A stretch of DNA of 5,890 bases. It comes from Paramicrosporidium saccamoebae KSL3. Lineage: Eukaryota; Fungi; Cryptomycota. The position numbers and the translations under genes were made by a program. Where the stretch lies: the NCBI GenBank assembly GCA_002794465.1, contig MTSL01000213.1, positions 84,126-90,015 on the forward strand, written 5' to 3'. Positions 1-5,091 of the stretch are shown piece by piece; within the stretch, counting starts at the first letter, position 1, and each line of letters begins with the position of its first letter. Under the pieces are notes generated by a model, which worked only from the letters and a program-made list of their open reading frames with translations, searched no databases and had not been told where the DNA came from.

Positions 1-111
1 CTCATATCTACAAATCTCGACCGCATTGCATGGATCAAAATCCACCCCGTCCCAATAATCTCGTCATTATTCAACTTTACAAAAACGAATAATAAGAATA
101 ATTGTTTCACA

Positions 112-939
112 ATGACTGCTCAGTCAGACATCGTTGGAGGTTTTGACTTTTCCAATTATTTGCGCAATGAATACTTGACAGGCAATAAGGGGTACAAGGT
201 GCCAAAGACTACTAAAACCGGTACCACCATTGTGGGACTCTGCTACAAGGATGGAGTTATTCTGGGGGCTGATACCCGTGCCACTGAGGGTCCCATTGTC
301 GCCGACAAAAACTGCGAAAAGATTCATTACATTGCCCCTAACATATACTGCTGCGGCGCTGGCACGGCTGCCGACACTGAATTTACCACCAACTTGATTA
401 GCAGCAAGCTGGCTCTGCATCGCCTGAATAGCCGGAAGGAGGCTCGCGTGGCCACAGCCATGACCATGCTGAAGCAGTATCTGTTTAGACATCAAGGACA
501 TGTGGGAGCAGCTCTCATTCTGGGAGGTATTGATGTCACTGGACCACACTTGTACACAATCTATCCGCATGGTTCCACTGATCAGCTGCCCTATGTAACC
601 ATGGGCTCTGGTTCCCTCGCGGCAATGGCCATTTTTGAGTCGCGCTACCAGAATTTCATGGAAAAATCCGAGGGAATCGCCTTGGTTGCCGATGCTATTA
701 AGGCTGGTATCTTCAATGATCTCGGCTCAGGAAGCAATGTGGACATTACTGTCATCTCCAATGCCGGTGTAGAGATTCTGCGCAACTATCTGACCCCCAA
801 CGAACGTCCTCCCAAGGAGAATAGCTACATTTATCCTGCCGGCACTACCCCCATCCTAAAGGAGACTCTCACCCCGCTGCGCGATCTGGTCGATGTGCAG
901 GACTTGGCTGCTTCCACCTCTGCCATGGATATCTCATAA
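112..939 (+). CDS. PUP1: 20S proteasome subunit beta type-2 (trypsin-like catalytic subunit, PUP1/PSMB7 ortholog), 275 aa precursor
   Basis: Propeptide [10 protein letters not shown], then KTG|TTIVG cleavage site; [18 protein letters not shown] (Lys33), [31 protein letters not shown] and the beta2-specific C-terminal arm LRNYLTPN...[11 protein letters not shown]. Colinear with yeast Pup1 as I recall it; no intron needed. Confidence 0.97.
   Translation: MTAQSDIVGGFDFSNYLRNEYLTGNKGYKVPKTTKTGTTIVGLCYKDGVILGADTRATEGPIVADKNCEKIHYIAPNIYCCGAGTAADTEFTTNLISSKLALHRLNSRKEARVATAMTMLKQYLFRHQGHVGAALILGGIDVTGPHLYTIYPHGSTDQLPYVTMGSGSLAAMAIFESRYQNFMEKSEGIALVADAIKAGIFNDLGSGSNVDITVISNAGVEILRNYLTPNERPPKENSYIYPAGTTPILKETLTPLRDLVDVQDLAASTSAMDIS
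223..225 (+). other. Catalytic Thr1 codon of the mature proteasome beta2 subunit (after a 37-aa propeptide)
   Basis: GGT|ACC ACC ATT GTG = G|TTIV; Ntn-hydrolase autocleavage site. Confidence 0.93.
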
Positions 940-964
940 TATTATCATGTGATTAATACTATTA

Positions 965-1492
965 TTAGTGGTGTGCTTTATGATCCGTGTCCTTTTCCTC
1001 CTCCGTGGCCCAATTGTCGTTCTTGATTGCTGTGTAAATCTTTTCCTTGTACTCTGGGTTAAGCTCATACACATCGTCGACGGTCATCTGCTCAACAGGC
1101 TTGGCCGAGCGTAGCTTGTCCAGTTGGGCCTTTAAGGCCTGGACGTCGCCCTCCAGCTTGTTTAAAAAGGCGGACGCCTCTTGCAATTGCGTCTGTTTCT
1201 CATTCTCTAGTACCTTCAGCTTGTCCGAATAATCCGTCTTTGTGGGCTGGAACCCTTTCACCTTTCCCTCCATTTCAGAAAGCATCGTGCCATACTCTTT
1301 GGAGGGCAATTTGCTCTTGTAATAGTCGAAATCGAGTTTCGGCACACTTGACTTGGCGTCGGCAATTTGGCGACGAAGGTCTTCGTGGTGCGCACGGAGA
1401 TCCATTACGCCCTTCCGCACCTGCGGGTTGCAGCGACTTAGAACCCGCGTCCAGTCGACACTGCCGGCCACTTTTCCTATTCCTGACGACAT
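965..1492 (-). CDS. ATP7: Mitochondrial F1Fo ATP synthase subunit d, 175 aa
   Basis: VDWTRV near the N-terminus, LDFDYYKSKL, and SAKPVEQMTVDDVYELNPE match subunit d motifs (yeast LDWAKV, VDFSHYRSVL, SARPFDELTVDD). The ORF-track start at 1570 is a TTG; the first ATG is at 1492 (context CCGCCC-ATG) and gives the normal family length. Confidence 0.9.
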   Translation of the reverse strand: MSSGIGKVAGSVDWTRVLSRCNPQVRKGVMDLRAHHEDLRRQIADAKSSVPKLDFDYYKSKLPSKEYGTMLSEMEGKVKGFQPTKTDYSDKLKVLENEKQTQLQEASAFLNKLEGDVQALKAQLDKLRSAKPVEQMTVDDVYELNPEYKEKIYTAIKNDNWATEEEKDTDHKAHH

Positions 1493-1571
1493 GGGCGGAG
1501 TTGTCGCGATAGACGGATAAGATTTATTGCTATTGTCGTTTAAGATTTGAGTGTTCCCCTGGCTAGACAAG
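1493..1571. promoter_or_regulatory. 79-bp divergent (bidirectional) promoter region between ATP7 and RTT109
   Basis: Head-to-head ATG starts at 1492 (-) and 1572 (+). Contains GGGCGG at 1493-1498, TAAGATTT twice (1518, 1541) and TTGTCG twice (1501, 1533). Promoter function is inferred from geometry. Confidence 0.6.
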
Positions 1572-2885
1572 ATGATGGACGGACATGCAAGCTACACAGA
1601 CTGGACCACCTCGAGTCCTCTCAGGAAATACTTTGAGCAGAATCTGAGGATAGGCACAAGTCGCTCTCGAGTGCAGTGCCATGTCTTATCTGATATCTAC
1701 CAGCCCGAAGACTGGAAAGATGAGCCGACCGGTCCTCATCGTAGTTCTTCAGAGTTTCTTCAGGTTCGCCATACGATATTGGTGTTTCTGCCGCAAACAC
1801 CGGGCGCCTCGTCCAGTCCGAGTAAGAAAAAGTGTAACGAGAGTGTCCTGGTGATGGGCATGACCGCTTGGGAATATGCATATAATAATCAGCCCACTGT
1901 CCCAAGTAGAGCATATATTCAACACGTCGACACTACGGGTTTATTCCGGCCGAGAAAACTACAAGGTTCCCTCACCCGAATGGTGATTTCAGCCTACTTT
2001 AGGTATTGTCGTATGGTAACCAAAGTAGGCTCAGTGCATCTGTTCTCCTCGTCAAAACCGTCGCTGATATTTAACGACAGCGAAAAGTTGCCAAAGAAGA
2101 GGGTTATTGAGGGTGGAAGACTTGTAAATTGGTGGCTTGCGCTGATAGAGTCGGCTTTTGCGGATGTCGTCAATGCACCGTCGTTTGTACAGCAAAACCA
2201 TGCTCCTCCACGGGGATTTGTATATTGTGCGGGGGAGGACTTTGTACCATTATTTTCACAATCGTTGCGGAATAACATCAATACGCTGAATCGGCTGCCA
2301 TATGTAGAATGGAAATATGGCGTTCCGTTTGGGGATAAGGAAAATGCGGCAGTGATTCCGCTTTTTGATGATGATCCGAAATGGCGACATTATGAGGCCT
2401 CGCTGGAGAGAAGCGAAGAGAGACCAGCGAAACGACAGAAACAAGAGCAGGGACAGGAGCAGTGTTCCGTCAATGTGTTGGAATTTTTTCAATCAATGTC
2501 CTTTAGGACCGAGTTTCGACAAGATCCATCGGCATTTATTACTGTCACCTTTCCAGATAATGCATCTGGCACGCCATTTTTAAGCAACTCTTCTAGTAAG
2601 AGGAGTGATGCAGCAACCTTTTCTTGTAAATTACTCCAAACCCTTTCTTTTGCTACCGAAACTGAAGCGCTGAAGAGCTCAATGAGGATGTGGGCCTGGC
2701 TAAAGTTGATGGGATCAAAGCCAATCGAAGTCGCCGACGAAGAAGGATCGACTGATCATGCAGATAAACAGTTTTTGGATATTCTCAATGAACTCCAAGT
2801 GCGCACGGATACGTTTCGGGAGGAGGCTCCCTTGATGGCTGTGGATGTACAAACTTTGATTCGCCGAAAAATCCCTCGAGCGTGA
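1572..2885 (+). CDS. RTT109: Histone H3K56 acetyltransferase Rtt109 family, 437 aa, divergent
   Basis: AYIQHVDTTG (cf. YISKVDTTG; Asp89-equivalent at 1929-1931), HLFSSSKPSLIFNDSEKLPKKRVIEGGRLVNWW (cf. CLFTRPASQYLFPDSSKNSKKHILNGEELMKWW), IPLFDDDPKWR (cf. IPxFPDDPKxR), EFFQSMSFRTEF, and a basic C-terminus LIRRKIPRA. The track start at 1551 is GTG; first ATGs are 1572 and 1575. Confidence 0.88.
   Translation: MMDGHASYTDWTTSSPLRKYFEQNLRIGTSRSRVQCHVLSDIYQPEDWKDEPTGPHRSSSEFLQVRHTILVFLPQTPGASSSPSKKKCNESVLVMGMTAWEYAYNNQPTVPSRAYIQHVDTTGLFRPRKLQGSLTRMVISAYFRYCRMVTKVGSVHLFSSSKPSLIFNDSEKLPKKRVIEGGRLVNWWLALIESAFADVVNAPSFVQQNHAPPRGFVYCAGEDFVPLFSQSLRNNINTLNRLPYVEWKYGVPFGDKENAAVIPLFDDDPKWRHYEASLERSEERPAKRQKQEQGQEQCSVNVLEFFQSMSFRTEFRQDPSAFITVTFPDNASGTPFLSNSSSKRSDAATFSCKLLQTLSFATETEALKSSMRMWAWLKLMGSKPIEVADEEGSTDHADKQFLDILNELQVRTDTFREEAPLMAVDVQTLIRRKIPRA
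2421..2441 (+). other. Putative monopartite nuclear localisation signal RPAKRQK in Rtt109
   Basis: Classical P-x-K-R-x-K basic cluster in a low-complexity loop after the DDPK motif. Confidence 0.5.
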
Positions 2886-2889
2886 TTGG
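2885..2889 (-). promoter_or_regulatory. Possible inverted CCAAT box upstream of Hsp70
   Basis: ATTGG at 2885-2889, sharing the last base of the RTT109 TGA stop, just upstream of the HSE. A 5-mer is weak evidence alone. Confidence 0.3.
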
Positions 2890-2895
2890 TAGATA

Positions 2896-2915
2896 GTACT
2901 GGAAACTTCTAGAAT
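2896..2915. promoter_or_regulatory. Heat-shock element (HSF binding site)
   Basis: gTACt-gGAAa-cTTCt-aGAAt: three perfect alternating nGAAn units (GAA 2902, TTC 2907, GAA 2912) plus one in-register single-mismatch unit (TAC 2897), about 20 bp upstream of a TATA box and an Hsp70 gene. Confidence 0.88.
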
Positions 2916-2918
2916 AAA
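2913..2918 (+). terminator. Putative polyadenylation signal of RTT109 (AATAAA), overlapping the HSE
   Basis: Only AATAAA in the 94-bp gap, 27 nt after the RTT109 stop. Confidence 0.5.
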
Positions 2919-2933
2919 ATTCTATCGAAAAGG

Positions 2934-2940
2934 TATATAA
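2934..2940 (+). promoter_or_regulatory. TATA box of Hsp70
   Basis: TATATAA(GG), 39 nt before the ATG at 2980 and just downstream of the HSE. Confidence 0.8.
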
Positions 2941-2979
2941 GGAGACGACCCTGGACAAGAGGAGAAAAAGAAGCGCATT

Positions 2980-4935
2980 ATGACTTCAGACGCGAACTCT
3001 AAAGGACCCGCTATTGGTATTGACTTGGGAACAACCTACTCCTGTGTTGGATTTTGGGAGAATGACCGTGTGGAAATCATTGCCAACGACCAAGGAAATC
3101 GCACCACCCCTTCCTACGTTGCATTCACGGACACTGAGCGTCTTATTGGTGATGCCGCCAAGAATCAGGTTGCCATGAACCCGCACAACACTGTATTCGA
3201 CGCTAAGCGTCTTATTGGACGCGAGTTTACCGACAAGGAGGTGCAGAGTGACATGAAGCACTGGCCCTTCAAGGTTGTCAGCAACCAAGGAAAGCCCCGT
3301 ATTGAAATTGAATTCCGCGGCGAGACCAAGACTTTTACTCCTGAAGAGATTTCCTCCATGGTCCTGTTGAAGATGAAGCAGACTGCCGAGGCGTATCTTG
3401 GAAAGGAGGTGCCCAGTGCCGTTGTCACTGTGCCCGCCTACTTTAACGATTCCCAGCGCCAGGCCACTAAGGATGCCGGAGCTATTGCCGGAATGACCGT
3501 TTTGCGTATTATCAATGAGCCCACTGCTGCGGCCATTGCCTACGGTTTGGACAAGAAGAAGAACGAGAAGGAGGAGACTGTGCTCATCTACGATCTCGGT
3601 GGTGGTACCTTTGATGTGTCCCTGTTGACCATTGAGGGTGGTATCTTTGAAGTCAAGGCCACTGCTGGTGATACTCATTTGGGAGGAGAAGATTTCGATA
3701 ACAAGCTTGTCAACTTTTTCGTAGACGAGTTCAAGCGCAAGTACAAGAAGGACGTTACCGGAAATCCCCGTGCTCTCCGCCGTCTCCGTACTGCCTGTGA
3801 ACGCGCGAAGCGTACCCTCTCCTCTGCCACTCAGGCTTCCATTGAGATCGACTCGTTGATGGACGGAATTGATTTCTACACTTCCATCTCCCGTGCCCGC
3901 TTCGAGGAGCTCTGTGCGGACATGTTCCGTGCCACTCTGGAGCCCGTCGAAAAGGTTCTCCGTGACGCCAAGGTCGACAAGGCCAGCATTGATGACATTG
4001 TGCTGGTTGGTGGATCTACTCGCATTCCCAAGGTGCAAAAGTTGGTGAAGGATTTCTTTGGAGGAAAGGAGCCCTGCAAGTCCATCAACCCTGATGAGGC
4101 TGTTGCCTATGGTGCTGCTGTCCAGGCCGCTATTCTGTCTGGTGTGACTTCTGAGAAGACTCAGGAGCTCCTCCTCCTGGACGTTGCCCCGCTGTCCCTG
4201 GGTATTGAGACTGCCGGCGGTGTGATGGCTGTTCTGATCCCCCGTAACACCACCATTCCCACCAAAAAGTCGCAGACCTTCTCCACCTACTCTGACAACC
4301 AGACCAGCGTGTTGGTGCAAGTCTTTGAAGGAGAGCGCAAGCACACCAAGGACAACAACACTCTTGGCAAGTTTGAGCTGAGCGGAATTCCCCCTGCTCC
4401 CCGCGGTGTCCCTCAGGTGGAGGTCACATTCGACATTGATGCCAATGGTATTTTGAATGTGTCTGCCCAGGACAAGACCACCGGCCGTAGCAGTCAGATC
4501 ACCATCACCAACGACAAGGGTCGTCTTTCCAAGGAGGACATTGAGCGCATGGTTGCTGAGGCTGAAAAGTTCAAGGCTCAGGATGAGGAGGAGGCTGACC
4601 GTATTACTGCCCGCAACAGTGTGGAGAACTATGCTTACAGTCTGCGCAACACTCTGCAGGACGAAAAGGTCAAGGACAAGATCCCCGCTGAGGACAAGAC
4701 TGCCATTGAGGGAGCTGTTGATGAGGTCCTTAAATGGCTCGAGACCAACCAAACCGCCACCAAGGAGGAGTTTGAGGGTCGCCAGAAGGAGATTGAGGCT
4801 GTGGCCAATCCCATCCTGACAAAGATGTATCAAAGTGCTGGCGGTATGCCCGGTGGTATGCCCGACTTTGGGGCCGCTGGAAATGCTCCCCATGCCGAGT
4901 CTGGCCAAGGCCCAACCATTGAGGAGGTCGACTAA
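2980..4935 (+). CDS. HSP70: Cytosolic Hsp70 chaperone (SSA/HSC70 type), 651 aa
   Basis: Family signatures [21 protein letters not shown] and [13 protein letters not shown]; cytosolic marker RARFEEL; GGMP repeats; C-terminal GPTIEEVD; no targeting presequence. Confidence 0.99.
   Translation: MTSDANSKGPAIGIDLGTTYSCVGFWENDRVEIIANDQGNRTTPSYVAFTDTERLIGDAAKNQVAMNPHNTVFDAKRLIGREFTDKEVQSDMKHWPFKVVSNQGKPRIEIEFRGETKTFTPEEISSMVLLKMKQTAEAYLGKEVPSAVVTVPAYFNDSQRQATKDAGAIAGMTVLRIINEPTAAAIAYGLDKKKNEKEETVLIYDLGGGTFDVSLLTIEGGIFEVKATAGDTHLGGEDFDNKLVNFFVDEFKRKYKKDVTGNPRALRRLRTACERAKRTLSSATQASIEIDSLMDGIDFYTSISRARFEELCADMFRATLEPVEKVLRDAKVDKASIDDIVLVGGSTRIPKVQKLVKDFFGGKEPCKSINPDEAVAYGAAVQAAILSGVTSEKTQELLLLDVAPLSLGIETAGGVMAVLIPRNTTIPTKKSQTFSTYSDNQTSVLVQVFEGERKHTKDNNTLGKFELSGIPPAPRGVPQVEVTFDIDANGILNVSAQDKTTGRSSQITITNDKGRLSKEDIERMVAEAEKFKAQDEEEADRITARNSVENYAYSLRNTLQDEKVKDKIPAEDKTAIEGAVDEVLKWLETNQTATKEEFEGRQKEIEAVANPILTKMYQSAGGMPGGMPDFGAAGNAPHAESGQGPTIEEVD
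4840..4863 (+). repeat. Coding tandem repeat, 2 x GGMP, in the Hsp70 C-terminal tail
   Basis: GGCGGTATGCCC GGTGGTATGCCC. Confidence 0.85.
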
Positions 4936-4959
4936 TGGTTAAGAGTCACTAAGAGTATG

Positions 4960-4965
4960 AATAAA
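4960..4965 (+). terminator. Putative polyadenylation signal of Hsp70 (AATAAA)
   Basis: AATAAA 24 nt after the stop, in an AT-rich segment. Confidence 0.65.
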
Positions 4966-4986
4966 GACATTTACAACACTAAGTAA

Positions 4987-5061
4987 AGGGATAGGCTAGG
5001 GTGCTGAAGTGGTACTGTTTACCAGCGGTCCATGTGGACAACCCACCTTGAGCAAAGCCCT
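4987..5061. ncRNA. Candidate structured RNA element of unknown family (strand uncertain; + folds slightly better)
   Basis: About 56% GC island between flanks of about 30% GC, with nested complementary segments that can form a three-way junction by hand folding. No family match recognised. Confidence 0.25.
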
Positions 5062-5085
5062 CGTATTAATCAGAAAAGAGTCTAG

Positions 5086-5091
5086 TTTATT
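5086..5091 (-). terminator. Putative polyadenylation signal of TRM82 overlapping its stop codon
   Basis: Minus strand reads GAA TAA A, so AATAAA spans the last codon and the TAA stop. Confidence 0.5.

Noticed and set aside
38-56. GGTGG (minus strand) resembling the Rpn4/PACE proteasome element, and CCAAT at 52-56
   Set aside because: The sequence reads GGTGGATTT, not GGTGGCAAA; short matches are expected by chance.
1-111. Frame +1 is open from position 1 into the PUP1 ATG (possible N-terminal extension); a minus-strand ATG at 26 is also open to the left edge
   Set aside because: The Pup1 propeptide already has normal length and the extension has no in-frame ATG or homology. Only 8 codons of the minus frame are visible, too few to call a gene.
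124-570. 148-aa antisense ORF opposite PUP1
   Set aside because: In register with PUP1 codons and ends at a sense TCA codon; same codon-bias shadow as the Hsp70 antisense frame, with no recognisable motif.
1501-1510. TTGTCGCGAT as an MCB/SCB/E2F cell-cycle element for RTT109
   Set aside because: It matches none of ACGCGT, CRCGAAA or TTTSSCGC exactly; a single imperfect site.
1493-1570. N-terminal extensions of ATP7 (track start 1570) and RTT109 (track start 1551) that would make the two CDSs overlap
   Set aside because: Those starts are TTG and GTG. In a eukaryote the first ATGs (1492 and 1572) give family-typical N-termini and no overlap.
1822-1843. Possible mini-intron GTAAGA...TGTAAC...AG in RTT109
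   Set aside because: Removal of 20 or 22 nt would shift the frame, while the unspliced frame continues into conserved Rtt109 motifs.
1047-2583. Short ORFs 1047-1232, 1240-1512, 1621-1914, 1994-2281, 2256-2492 and 2365-2583
   Set aside because: All lie essentially within ATP7 or RTT109 on other frames or strands and show no recognisable domain.
112-4935. A proteostasis gene cluster (proteasome subunit plus Hsp70)
   Set aside because: The two genes are separated by unrelated genes, and only Hsp70 has an HSE; adjacency of housekeeping genes is expected in a gene-dense genome.
4940-4983. Short direct repeats TAAGAGT x2 (4940, 4950) and CACTAAG x2 (4947, 4977) in the Hsp70 3' flank
   Set aside because: 7-mers in AT-rich sequence; no target-site-duplication geometry or array structure.
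4998-5049. Assignment of the GC island as a hammerhead ribozyme, TPP riboswitch, pistol ribozyme, tRNA, U5 snRNA or C/D snoRNA
   Set aside because: CUGAAG(U) resembles the hammerhead CUGANGA, but GAAA and the NUH site are missing. GGGUGC and ACCAGCG recall TPP aptamers, but UGAGA and the GAU...AUAAU loop are absent. There is no TTC T-loop or anticodon arm, no U5 GCCUUUUAC loop, and no properly spaced C and D boxes.
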